Source: Minisyncoccota bacterium
GTDB lineage: Bacteria; Patescibacteriota; Minisyncoccia; Phycocordibacterales; CSBR16-193
Direction of reading: 5' to 3'
Assembly (NCBI GenBank): GCA_040905715.1
Contig: JBBDRA010000002.1
Span: 101,968-165,967 of the forward strand
DNA: 64,000 nucleotides
The notes under the pieces are model-generated. The model made no database searches and was not told the DNA's origin. It saw only the letters and a list, made by a program, of their open reading frames with translations. Shown piece by piece: positions 19,418 to 28,524 of this stretch (the stretch's first letter is position 1; every line of letters starts with the position of its first letter). Position numbers and translations under genes: made by a program.

Positions 19418-20800
19418 ATGGAAACTGTGGACAATAAAAAACTATGGAACAGCGTCTTGGTTGAGATAGAGTTAAATGTTTCGAAAGCAAATTTTAACAC
19501 GTGGTTCAGAGACACGTATATTCTCAAGCAAGAAGAAGGGGTTATTTATCTGGCCACACCGAACACGTTCGTAAAAGAATGGCTATCTCACAAGTATCAC
19601 AATTTTGTCCTCCGTATTCTCCGCAACATCTCTCCTGACGTACGCTCTCTGGAGTATGTCATCACAAAGAATCAGCCGAAGAATCCGCCCCAGCAGTCAC
19701 ACACCTCTCCACAAACAGAGAAACTTGGCCAAGGACAATCTACAGCAGGAGAGTTGCCTCTTGAAGAGCATTACATCAATAAAGATGACAATCTGAACCC
19801 GCGATATGGCTTCGACACCTTTATTGTGGGTCCTTTCAATGAGCTTGCGTACGCTGCTTCTCAAGCGATCTTAAAACAGCCGGGAAGAATGTATAATCCG
19901 CTTTTTGTGTACGGCGATACCGGTCACGGCAAGACTCATTTGATTCAGGCGATCGGTAACGCGCTCAAGAATGAAGAGGGAACTGACCGCAAGATCTTTT
20001 ACGTTACCTCTGAACGTTTTGTGATCGACTACATTAACGCAATTCAGGCAAACAAAGTAACACCGTTCAAGGAAAAATATCGCAAGTACGATATTTTGAT
20101 CATGGATGACATTCAGTTCCTTTCGAACAAAGAGAAGACGCAAGAAGAGCTTTTTCACCTTTTCAATACACTCTACGACAACAACAAGCAGATCATTTTC
20201 TCGTCCGATAAACACCCGAACTATATACCTGGCTTGGAAGATCGACTAAAATCACGGTTTAGTGCCGGCATGATCGTGGATATTCCGGCTCCGGACGCAG
20301 AGTCACGGGCTGCAATTCTGCGCGAGAAAGCAAAGATGAATAATATTGAGCTTGACCCGGAGGTGGTCGAGCACATCGCCTTCTCGGTGGAAGGGAATGT
20401 ACGCGACCTTGAAGGGGTCATTAATACGGTTATGTGCCAGCAGGAGCTCAAAGGGAGACCGTTGAACGTAGGGGAGGTGAAACAGGTCATTAAGAGCAGC
20501 GAGAAGCCTAAGAAGACAATGTCAGCTGAAGAGATCATTAAGACGATCGCTAATTATTACAACATTGACGAGCAAGCAATTTACCAGAAAACACGTCGGA
20601 AAGAGGTAATAAAGCCTCGTCAGCTGATCATGTTTGTGATGCGTGAGGACTTTGGTTCCTCCTATCCTTCCATCGGCCAGAAGCTTGGCGGGCGGGATCA
20701 TACGACTGTTATTCATTCCTGCGAGAAAATACGAGGAGAGCTAAAAACAGACACCGCCCTTCACCAGGAACTGAATCAGATCCGTGCACTTATTTCGTAA
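19418..20800 (+). CDS. dnaA: Chromosomal replication initiator DnaA
   Basis: AAA+ Walker A GDTGHGKTHL and a C-terminal DnaA-box-binding domain. Confidence 0.95.
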   Translation: METVDNKKLWNSVLVEIELNVSKANFNTWFRDTYILKQEEGVIYLATPNTFVKEWLSHKYHNFVLRILRNISPDVRSLEYVITKNQPKNPPQQSHTSPQTEKLGQGQSTAGELPLEEHYINKDDNLNPRYGFDTFIVGPFNELAYAASQAILKQPGRMYNPLFVYGDTGHGKTHLIQAIGNALKNEEGTDRKIFYVTSERFVIDYINAIQANKVTPFKEKYRKYDILIMDDIQFLSNKEKTQEELFHLFNTLYDNNKQIIFSSDKHPNYIPGLEDRLKSRFSAGMIVDIPAPDAESRAAILREKAKMNNIELDPEVVEHIAFSVEGNVRDLEGVINTVMCQQELKGRPLNVGEVKQVIKSSEKPKKTMSAEEIIKTIANYYNIDEQAIYQKTRRKEVIKPRQLIMFVMREDFGSSYPSIGQKLGGRDHTTVIHSCEKIRGELKTDTALHQELNQIRALIS

Positions 20801-20826
20801 AAGAGAAGAATTAATAAACACTATCT

Positions 20827-21930
20827 ATGAATGTTGAATGCGTAAAAGATAAACTCGAACAAGCGCTCACAAAGGCAACGCGAGTTACTAGCAAGAACGT
20901 GACACTGCCGGTGCTTCAGTGCGTACTCCTCGAAGCAGCTGACAACCAGCTTCTTATTCGGGCAACAAACCTTGATCTCGGCGTGGAGATCGGTTTGTCG
21001 GTGAAAGTAAAAGAAGAAGGTATTGTTGCGGTGCCCGGTTCGATCTTAGCTTCATTCCTTTCCCATGTTTCAGATGAGTCGGTTACGCTCGAGCGTGAAG
21101 GCGAGCAGCTTGTCGTGAAGACGGCAAGTGCTTCAACAAAGATCAATACGTATGACCACGAAGATTTTCCAACGATCCCACGAGTAACGGACGGTGTTTC
21201 TTTTTCAGTTGACTCGAGTACGTTTGCTGAAGGATTTCACTCGGTTGCGTACAGCGCTGCTGTCTCAAGTATGAAGCCGGAACTCTCAAGTGTGTATATC
21301 GCACCGGCAAGCGACCAGCGGTCACTCGTCTTTGCTGCAACTGATTCATTTCGCCTCGCGGAAAAGAAGGTACAAATGAAAGAGGTGCCGGTGTTTGATT
21401 ACGTACTTGTGCCGGTTAAGAATACGAACGAGATCACACGCATGCTCGATGAGTATAACGGCACTATCGAGATCAAGTTCGGTGAAAGCCAGGTGGCGTT
21501 TGTCGGCGACGGGCTGTATGTGACATCACGTACGGTCGATGGGGTATTCCCCGACTACCAGCAGATCATTCCGACTGAGTTTTCAGCTGAAGCGACCGTG
21601 TTAAAAAATGATCTGGTAACAGCGCTTAAAGTTGCCACCATCTTTACTGATAAATTTAATCAGGTAACCGTATCAATTGATCCGGGCCAAAAACAATTCA
21701 CCTTGCAGACAAAGAACAGTGAGGTTGGTGAGAATACGTATTCACTCGACGGAGCGTTGAGCGGCGAAGCATTAACGATAGCTTTTAATCATAAATACAT
21801 AATGGATAGTTTTCAGTCTATCACTACCGACAGCGTGGTGCTGAAACTGGGCGGCCCTGGCAAGCCGATGGTCATGAGCGGGGTTTCTGATCCATCTTTT
21901 CTTTACTTGGTGATGCCGATGAATAGATAG
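20827..21930 (+). CDS. dnaN: DNA polymerase III beta sliding clamp
   Basis: Three-domain clamp length (367 aa) immediately after dnaA. Confidence 0.9.
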   Translation: MNVECVKDKLEQALTKATRVTSKNVTLPVLQCVLLEAADNQLLIRATNLDLGVEIGLSVKVKEEGIVAVPGSILASFLSHVSDESVTLEREGEQLVVKTASASTKINTYDHEDFPTIPRVTDGVSFSVDSSTFAEGFHSVAYSAAVSSMKPELSSVYIAPASDQRSLVFAATDSFRLAEKKVQMKEVPVFDYVLVPVKNTNEITRMLDEYNGTIEIKFGESQVAFVGDGLYVTSRTVDGVFPDYQQIIPTEFSAEATVLKNDLVTALKVATIFTDKFNQVTVSIDPGQKQFTLQTKNSEVGENTYSLDGALSGEALTIAFNHKYIMDSFQSITTDSVVLKLGGPGKPMVMSGVSDPSFLYLVMPMNR

Positions 21931-21967
21931 TTTGGGTTGCTAGGGTTTAACGTCTAACGCCTAGACT

Positions 21968-22222
21968 ATGTTCAACATTCAGGACTATCTCAAAAAGTTC
22001 AAGGTTCTTACATCTACCGAGGGTGAGGTAAAAGATGCCACGGTCTCGGTTATAGAGAAAAAGCTTGGAGTAGTTCTTGATCGTAATGCAGTAGTATATC
22101 GAAACAAACAAATATTCATTACTGCTCATCCTGCGGTTAAAAACGAGCTCGCTCTTCGTCGAAGAGAGGTCACGGCCGCTATTCAAGCACAGACATCTCT
22201 CAGGATCAAAGATATACGTTAG
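21968..22222 (+). CDS. Small hypothetical protein, possibly a DUF721-like protein found after dnaN
   Basis: 84-aa ORF in the conserved post-dnaN position. No recognisable motif. Confidence 0.3.
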   Translation: MFNIQDYLKKFKVLTSTEGEVKDATVSVIEKKLGVVLDRNAVVYRNKQIFITAHPAVKNELALRRREVTAAIQAQTSLRIKDIR

Positions 22223-22287
22223 TAAGAAATGTGACGCAAACAAAAACACCCCTCCGATTCTCGGTGGGGTGTTTTGCTTTTTGTTTA

Positions 22288-24510
22288 TTACCGCGATGAG
22301 TTCTCGTCATCATCCTCATCATCATTTGAGCGATCTCTATCACTGTCATCGTCTTCATCCTCATTGTCGTTATCATCTGAGCCATCGTCTGTTGAGGTGG
22401 CGGTATCCTCGCCAAAACCTTGTGTATCCGCCCAGAGACTAACCGGAAATTCCCATTGAGCATACTGACCGTCTTGACGCGGATTGCGCGGGGCGGGTCC
22501 GCGTGGGTCGTTGCGATTCACCCAGTGCAGTATCGAATGAACCCCTCCATTGTTCTGCCATTTGCCGGCTAAAATAGGTTTAAGGTTATCATCAGATGTG
22601 CTGATAAAATCATCAAATCGTGAGTTCGGTTTCTCTTCTAAGGCCTCGACCATGAACTCGTTCCACATTGGAGCAACAATAAATCCGGCGATCTCTTTGA
22701 CCATGGCTGATCCGTCGTTGTTTCCTGCCCAGGTACCTACAGCTATATCCGGCGTGTAGCCAATGATCCAGGCGTCTTTGTAGTCGTTAGTAGTACCTGT
22801 TTTTACGGCTACGTCGCGTCCCGGAAAGTGAAGAAGAGAGTTGTGTCCAAATGCCGGTGCTCGGGCGGCGTTGTCGGAGAGCATATCTGATATTTGAAGC
22901 GCTACATCTTCTGAAAGTACGCGATCAGGATTTACTTCGTGCTCAAATAGTACTTTGTCATCGCTGTCTTCTACTTTCAGTATGGCAACATGTTCGTTTC
23001 TCTCTCCCTCGTTGCCAAAGACGCCGTAGGCGCTGGTCATATCAAGAAGTGATACTTCGCCGCCACCAAGCACAAGGGTGAGGCCGTATTGGCGGATATC
23101 TCCAAGATTCTCAACACCCATATCTCGGGCGAGTTCAAGTGTCGCGTCCATTCCGGCAAGATACAAAACTTTGATAGCCGGGATGTTAATTGATTGAGCT
23201 AGGGCGTTTCGGAACGAGACGGGTCCACGGAACTTACTGTCATAGTTCTGTGGAGAATAACAGTCACCTCCGTTGGAGAGGTTTGAAGGAGCGCAGGCCG
23301 TGGAAAATTGGGTTTTGAGGTCAAACACCACGGTCTCCGGGGTGTAACCTTTAGTAAGTGCTGCAGCGTACGCGAAGGGCTTGAACGTTGAGCCTGGTTG
23401 TCGGTTCGGTGAGACTGCTACGTTGAATTGACCTTGGATCGTATCCGAAAAGTAGTTGCGGGATCCAACCATTACCTCGATACCCCCCGTTTTCGGGTCG
23501 ATTGCTACAAGCGCCGCGTTCTCGGCATTGAATCGGGTTGCGTTTGAGCGGGCGTTCTCAAGAATGATCTCCTCAGCTTTTTCCTGCAGTTCGAGATTAA
23601 GCGACGTGGTTACCTTAAGACCCCCTTGACGTACCGTTTGTTCACCGTACTCGTCAATAAGCTGTTCGATAACGTACATCACAAAATGTGGAGCTTTGAT
23701 GATGGCTGTATCTGTCGGCGACAGTTCATAGACTTCTTCACGTGCGTCTCGGTATTCTTCCGATGTAATGTAGCCATGTCGGCGCATTTCAATAAGCACT
23801 TGATTTTTGCGTGTTTCGAGTGCCTTAGGATTGTTGAGATAGTAGGTCGGTGCTTTTGGAAGCGCGGCCAAGTAGGCGCTTTGGGCGATCGACAGATCGC
23901 TGGCCGGCGTGCCGAAGTAGGCCTGACCGGCTTCTTCCACACCGTACAGACTGCCTCCGTACGGGATCTCGTTGAGATAGATATTTAAGATCTCGTCTTT
24001 TGTATTAACGCGTTCTATTTTTAAGGCGAGAAGCCATTCTTTAAGTTTTCGGGTGATCGTCTTCTCGGGTGTGAGAAGCGAGTTTTTTACTACTTGCTGT
24101 GTGATAGTTGAACCACCTTGTTCAAATCCAAAATTGATCAGGTTGACGAATGAAGCTCGTAGAATAGCAGACGGTTTAATACCGACGTGTTGATAAAATT
24201 CAGGGTCTTCGATCGCGAGCGATGCCTCTTTAACAGAGTCGTTGATCTCGTCGAACGGCACAATTGTTCGTTGGTAGTCCCGATATACATCATAGAGCAG
24301 TGCCTCACCGCTTTTATCGTATATTTTTGTTGATTGGGCAACTTGGCGTTCTTGAAAGGAGTCGACGGTAGGGATCTCAAGAGTGGAAACCCAGATGGCG
24401 GTAGCGCCGGCGAGGAATACACCGATGGCAAAAAGCAGGATGAGGGTATTTTTTACCGCTATCCAGTTCAAAAAGCGTCGTGAGTTCTTCTCTGATCCTT
24501 GATGTGCCAT
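22288..24510 (-). CDS. Class A penicillin-binding protein (transglycosylase plus transpeptidase) with an acidic C-terminal tail
   Basis: N-terminal TM helix. GT51 motifs (EDPEFYQHVG, RQGGSTITQQ). Transpeptidase motifs STFKP, SRN and KTGT. Ends DDDSDRDRSNDDEDDDENSSR. Confidence 0.85.
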   Translation of the reverse strand: MAHQGSEKNSRRFLNWIAVKNTLILLFAIGVFLAGATAIWVSTLEIPTVDSFQERQVAQSTKIYDKSGEALLYDVYRDYQRTIVPFDEINDSVKEASLAIEDPEFYQHVGIKPSAILRASFVNLINFGFEQGGSTITQQVVKNSLLTPEKTITRKLKEWLLALKIERVNTKDEILNIYLNEIPYGGSLYGVEEAGQAYFGTPASDLSIAQSAYLAALPKAPTYYLNNPKALETRKNQVLIEMRRHGYITSEEYRDAREEVYELSPTDTAIIKAPHFVMYVIEQLIDEYGEQTVRQGGLKVTTSLNLELQEKAEEIILENARSNATRFNAENAALVAIDPKTGGIEVMVGSRNYFSDTIQGQFNVAVSPNRQPGSTFKPFAYAAALTKGYTPETVVFDLKTQFSTACAPSNLSNGGDCYSPQNYDSKFRGPVSFRNALAQSINIPAIKVLYLAGMDATLELARDMGVENLGDIRQYGLTLVLGGGEVSLLDMTSAYGVFGNEGERNEHVAILKVEDSDDKVLFEHEVNPDRVLSEDVALQISDMLSDNAARAPAFGHNSLLHFPGRDVAVKTGTTNDYKDAWIIGYTPDIAVGTWAGNNDGSAMVKEIAGFIVAPMWNEFMVEALEEKPNSRFDDFISTSDDNLKPILAGKWQNNGGVHSILHWVNRNDPRGPAPRNPRQDGQYAQWEFPVSLWADTQGFGEDTATSTDDGSDDNDNEDEDDDSDRDRSNDDEDDDENSSR

Positions 24511-24768
24511 GTCTGATAGTATTATACGTTAGAGCGTAGGTGAAGGCTACGGTGGGGACGCGCCTTCGGTTTTTTAAGATGCCGTGTAATTACTCATTTA
24601 ATTACCTGCTTTATAATAACTCCCGGTGTGGTATCCTCTGTAATAGAGATCACTTGTCCTCCTTAAGACGTATCGGGGTCTTGTATCTTTCACTGGCCAT
24701 GCTCGAGTGCCTTGTGCTCGTTACCTGACATTGCCTGATCCTACTAGCTAGAAGTTTCAAAGTGTACC

Positions 24769-25992
24769 ATGAATATAACCACCGGTAAAGAGCGTATAGA
24801 TGAGGTTTTAACCCGCGGCGTCGCAGAGCTTTTGCCGTCTCGAGAAAAGGTTGAAGAGCGACTTTCCTCCGGCGAGCGTCTTCGGATCTACCTTGGTATC
24901 GACGCGACCGGCGCCGAGCTTCACCTGGGCCACACCAAGAACATCCTCCTGCTTGAACGTTTGCGTCGGCTGGGCCATGTAATAATTCTCTTGTTCGGTG
25001 ATTTTACTGCCATGATCGGTGACCCGACAGACAAAGGTGCGGCTCGTCAGCGTCTCACTAAAGAAGAGGTCGAGGAGAACATTGCTAGCTGGAAAGAGCA
25101 GATCACACCGATCCTCTCACTCGATGACCCGGAGAACCCGGCTCAGATAAGGCAGAACAGCGAGTGGCTCTCTAAACTTGGTTTTAATGACGTTGTAGAC
25201 ATTGCCTCCAACTTTACGGTTCAACATATGCTTGAGCGGGACATGTTTGAGAAGCGCATGAATGAAGGAAAGCCGGTATATGTACATGAATTTATGTACC
25301 CACTGATGCAAGGGTATGACAGCGTGGCTATGGATGTAGACGGCGAGGTTGGCGGTACCGATCAAACCTTTAATATGCTTGCCGGACGCAGTCTGCAGCA
25401 AACCTATAATACAAAAGAGAAATTCATCATTACGATGAGTCTGATCGCCGATCCGGTGACGGGTAAAAAGATCATGAGCAAAAGCGAAGGCGATTACGTC
25501 AGCCTTACCGCAACGTCGGAGGATATGTACGGTGGCGTGATGGCGCTCCCGGACGGAGTGATCGTCCAGATGTTTGAAGGCTGCACGTTTGTGCCAATGA
25601 AGGAAGTAGATGAGGTTCGCGCTCAGTTGGAGGGTGGTGAGGTGAATCCGCGAGATCTCAAGATGAAGCTGGCTCAAGAGATCACAAAAATGTATCACGG
25701 CGAGGAAGCCGCAGAAAAAGCGGGCCTGCAATTCACTCAAGCCTTTTCTGAGCGAAGTGTGCCGAGTGAGATAAACGAAGTATCGGTGGTAAGTGGTGCG
25801 CTGCTCGTCGATGTGCTCGTCGAGCACGGGGTTGTGGAATCAAAAAGTGCCTTTCGACGACTTGTCGAGGCCGGTGCGGTTCGCGATATGGAAAGCGAGG
25901 AAAAGATCAGCGATCAGAACACCGCGATAGAACGACCGTTAACGCTGCGGGTAGGAAAGAAGCAGTTTATAAAGATCACTCCGCAGGAATAG
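24769..25992 (+). CDS. tyrS: Tyrosyl-tRNA synthetase
   Basis: Class I HIGH-type motif HLGH and a KMSKS motif. Confidence 0.85.
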   Translation: MNITTGKERIDEVLTRGVAELLPSREKVEERLSSGERLRIYLGIDATGAELHLGHTKNILLLERLRRLGHVIILLFGDFTAMIGDPTDKGAARQRLTKEEVEENIASWKEQITPILSLDDPENPAQIRQNSEWLSKLGFNDVVDIASNFTVQHMLERDMFEKRMNEGKPVYVHEFMYPLMQGYDSVAMDVDGEVGGTDQTFNMLAGRSLQQTYNTKEKFIITMSLIADPVTGKKIMSKSEGDYVSLTATSEDMYGGVMALPDGVIVQMFEGCTFVPMKEVDEVRAQLEGGEVNPRDLKMKLAQEITKMYHGEEAAEKAGLQFTQAFSERSVPSEINEVSVVSGALLVDVLVEHGVVESKSAFRRLVEAGAVRDMESEEKISDQNTAIERPLTLRVGKKQFIKITPQE

Positions 25993-26461
25993 TATTGATC
26001 GTCGCCAGTGCAGTGATACCGATAGCAATCGCGTCGTATTCGTCGTCGTGCTGAAGAGGTTCTCCGATATGCACAAGGCGCTTGGTCATAGTAATAACTT
26101 GTTTTTTATCGCTGTTGCCTTCCCCGGTAACAGCGATCTTAATTGCCTGGGGAGAAAATTCTGTTATCGGAAGATTGGCGCAGGCTGCGGCGGACAAGAG
26201 TGCGCCGCGAGCCTCGGCGACTTTCATGGCGGTTTTTTGGTTTACGCTGAAGAAGAGGGTTTCGGTGGCGAACGCGTCAGGTGCATATTCCTGAATAATC
26301 CGCTCTATCTCGCGGTAGACTTGAGAGAGGCGTTCAGGGTGGGGAGTGGTAGACTTGGTTTTAAAACACGCGGAGTACACAAGCGCTTCACTTCCCGACG
26401 GTCCGTCAAGCACCGCCACACCGAGTCGTTCATACCCCGGGTCGATTGCAAGAATGCGCAT
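25976..26461 (-). CDS. ruvC: Holliday junction resolvase RuvC
   Basis: MRILAIDPGYERLGVAVLD N-terminus and RNase H fold length. Confidence 0.85.
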   Translation of the reverse strand: MRILAIDPGYERLGVAVLDGPSGSEALVYSACFKTKSTTPHPERLSQVYREIERIIQEYAPDAFATETLFFSVNQKTAMKVAEARGALLSAAACANLPITEFSPQAIKIAVTGEGNSDKKQVITMTKRLVHIGEPLQHDDEYDAIAIGITALATINTIPAE

Positions 26462-26487
26462 AGCGTAGTAACTAAAAAAGAGGCAGT

Positions 26488-27018
26488 TTATGCGGCATTT
26501 GTATACACATCTTGAACATCTTCATGTTCTTCAAGCGTTTCTATAAGCTGATCGAGTTTTGCGCGATCGTCCTCACTGATCTCCATCGTTGTCTGCGCGA
26601 CCCACTCGCCGTTTTGTTTTTCAAACGCCCAGGCTGCAGCGCCGGGTGTGGCAAGTTCAAGGCCGTTTTTGGAGAGGAGATGTTTGATCTCGCTTGATGT
26701 TCGGTTGTTGTTGTCGGTTAGACCGGTAATAACAATGGCAATGCCGGCGGGTCCATAGGTTTCAAACACGACCGGCTCGAGTGTTGCTGCGTCCCCGCTC
26801 TGGCCTTTTTTGACCGCCCGCTCAATATTGTCATTGGGCATATTCTCTTTTTTCGCCTTCTCGATCGCTGCTTTCAGGGAAGGGGATTCAACATTACCGT
26901 CGGCATTCTTTGATTCGGTCGCGATCAGTTTGGCTAGTTTGCCGAATACCTGACTCTTTTTCGAATCTGAGGCGGCTTTTTTGTGCTTTATCTTACTCCA
27001 TTTATTGTGTCCGGACAT
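26488..27018 (-). CDS. YebC/PmpR-family transcriptional regulator (short form)
   Basis: MSGHNKWSKIKHKK N-terminus characteristic of YebC. Confidence 0.75.
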   Translation of the reverse strand: MSGHNKWSKIKHKKAASDSKKSQVFGKLAKLIATESKNADGNVESPSLKAAIEKAKKENMPNDNIERAVKKGQSGDAATLEPVVFETYGPAGIAIVITGLTDNNNRTSSEIKHLLSKNGLELATPGAAAWAFEKQNGEWVAQTTMEISEDDRAKLDQLIETLEEHEDVQDVYTNAA

Positions 27019-27097
27019 AGTGTTTGTAGTTTTACATAGTTAGGTCTAATTATCAAATCTTTAAAGATCGCAAAAGATTTAGGGTCTATGAATAAAG

Positions 27098-27125
27098 AAA
27101 AGATCCGCCCAAAACGGATCCGTGA
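27098..27125 (-). terminator. Intrinsic terminator after ruvB
   Basis: Minus-strand hairpin gatccg-ttttggg-cggatc followed by a T-run. Confidence 0.4.
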
Positions 27126-27157
27126 CCTAAGACTCTGATCGATCCAGTGGTCATGTG

Positions 27158-28144
27158 TTACGTATTGAATCGCTCACGTGCTTCTTTGGTGGCAACACGT
27201 CCCCGTGGGGTACGCTCAATAAGGCCGATCTGGATCAGGTATGGTTCGTTGAACTCCTCAAGCGTGCTTTCTTCCTCGGCAAGAGCGGCTGCAAGTGTGT
27301 TGAGACCGACCGGTCCGCCGTTGAATTTCTTTATGATAGTCGAAAGAAGGTCTCGGTCGGTCCGGGAGAGGCCATACTCGTCGATATCAAGCAGTTCTAG
27401 GGCCTCTTTCACGATAGTGTCAGTCAGATCTTGTTTGTGAACTTGGGCGAAATCGCGCGCACGCTTTAAAAAGTAGTTAGCTGTGCGCGGGGTGTAGCGA
27501 CTTCGTCGGGCGATCTCGCTGACCGCTTGGTCGGTTATCACTATACCTAGTATGCCGGCCGACCGGCGAACGATCTCTTCTATCTCCAGATCGGTATAGA
27601 ACTCCAGTTTGAACGTTCCGCCGGAAAACCGAGAGCGAAGTGGGGAGGAAATACCGGCCACGCGGGTAGTAGCGGCAATGAGGGTGAACGGTGGTAACTC
27701 CAGTTGGATCGTGCGGGCGCTGGGTCCTTTGCCGAGAATAATGTCAAGCGAACCTGACTCCATGGCAGGGTAGAGAACCTCCTCGATCGACTTGTTAAGC
27801 CGGTGGATCTCATCAATAAAGAGAATGTCGCCGCTTGAGAGGTTGGTAAGCACCGAGGCAAGGTCGCCAACTTTCGTTATGGCCGGTCCGGAGGTTACCT
27901 TGAGTTGAGAATTGGTTTCCTTGGCTATGAGGTGAGCCAACGTTGTTTTCCCAAGCCCCGGTGGGCCGTAAAAGAGAATGTGTTCCGGAGGCTGGTCACG
28001 CTCTGTAGCCGCCTTTAGGAGAATAGAAAGGTTGTTTTTGATGCTGATCTGTCCGATATATTCGTCCCATGTACTTGGTCGGAGTGTCCTATCAAGGAAA
28101 TGAGCGTCACTCGGTTGGGTGGGGGGTTGTCCGTTGAGTGTCAT
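27158..28144 (-). CDS. ruvB: Holliday junction helicase RuvB
   Basis: AAA+ Walker A GPPGLGKTTLA and RuvB length. Confidence 0.9.
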   Translation of the reverse strand: MTLNGQPPTQPSDAHFLDRTLRPSTWDEYIGQISIKNNLSILLKAATERDQPPEHILFYGPPGLGKTTLAHLIAKETNSQLKVTSGPAITKVGDLASVLTNLSSGDILFIDEIHRLNKSIEEVLYPAMESGSLDIILGKGPSARTIQLELPPFTLIAATTRVAGISSPLRSRFSGGTFKLEFYTDLEIEEIVRRSAGILGIVITDQAVSEIARRSRYTPRTANYFLKRARDFAQVHKQDLTDTIVKEALELLDIDEYGLSRTDRDLLSTIIKKFNGGPVGLNTLAAALAEEESTLEEFNEPYLIQIGLIERTPRGRVATKEARERFNT

Positions 28145-28151
28145 AAATCAT

Positions 28152-28180
28152 TGACAATATATTTTCTTTATATTATACTA
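28152..28180 (+). promoter_or_regulatory. Sigma70-like promoter (TTGACA-17-TATACT) on the plus strand
   Basis: ttgaca at 28152-28157, a 17-nt spacer, then tatact. No plus-strand CDS follows. Confidence 0.45.
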
Positions 28181-28187
28181 GCTTAAT

Positions 28188-28492
28188 CGTTGATCTTTAC
28201 GGACTCACTATATTAGTGAAGCTCGTCAAAGCCAGCTCATAAACCTCTCAGCAACAAAGTACTGCTTTGAGGTGTATCGCCAGGATTTCCGCGGTTCTCT
28301 CGCTTGTACGAGAGGTGACTGCAGTAATTGCTGAGTAATATCCCCGACTTTCTCCGTGAAAGGTGTTGCTGAGAGGTTTATGGTCTGGACGGCTTTAGAA
28401 GAACATTTTGTTCCGCGAGGCTTTCTTCAGTGAATCCTAGTTGCATTATACACAAAACACCCCGTTTGTCAGAGGGGTGTTTTGTTTTTATT
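28188..28492 (+). ncRNA. Candidate structured ncRNA of about 300 nt with its own promoter and terminator; possible divergent RNase P RNA (rnpB)
   Basis: No ORF. Perfect 18-bp long-range helix ataaacctctcagcaaca (28239-28256) pairs with tgttgctgagaggtttat (28364-28381). AAAGCCAGCUCAUA (P4 5-prime-like) and GGACGGCUUUAG (P4 3-prime / CR-V-like) give AAGCC/GGCUU pairing. GUGAAAGGUG resembles the P15 region. The 5-prime GGACUCACU can pair with the 3-prime AGUGAAUCC (P1-like). Ends at a strong terminator. Confidence 0.35.
28459..28492. terminator. Bidirectional intrinsic terminator (acacccc-loop-ggggtgt plus T-runs)
   Basis: Serves the plus-strand ncRNA candidate and pilB on the minus strand. Confidence 0.55.
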
Positions 28493-28524
28493 GATCTTCT
28501 TGGGTTTCAGAGTAAATAAACAAC

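Noticed and set aside
22288-24510. Multiple small plus-strand ORFs inside the PBP1A gene (22550-22759, 22851-23081, 23626-23988)
   Set aside because: Antisense and embedded in a gene with full-length conserved motifs.
24511-24768. T-box leader upstream of tyrS
   Set aside because: No AATTAGGGTGGTACCGCG-like T-box sequence and no specifier-loop architecture could be found. A small hairpin with a T-run is present but is insufficient.
25117-25827. 236-aa ORF antisense within tyrS
   Set aside because: Fully embedded antisense to a well-supported aaRS gene. No motif.
28200-28460. Alternative identities for the ruvB-pilB intergenic RNA (tmRNA, SRP RNA, 6S RNA)
   Set aside because: No tRNA-like 3-prime domain or resume codon region (tmRNA). 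No AGGAAGCAGC/GGAA domain IV motifs (SRP). The perfect 18-bp helix enclosing a complex core is unlike 6S RNA. An RNase P-like reading fits best but is unproven.
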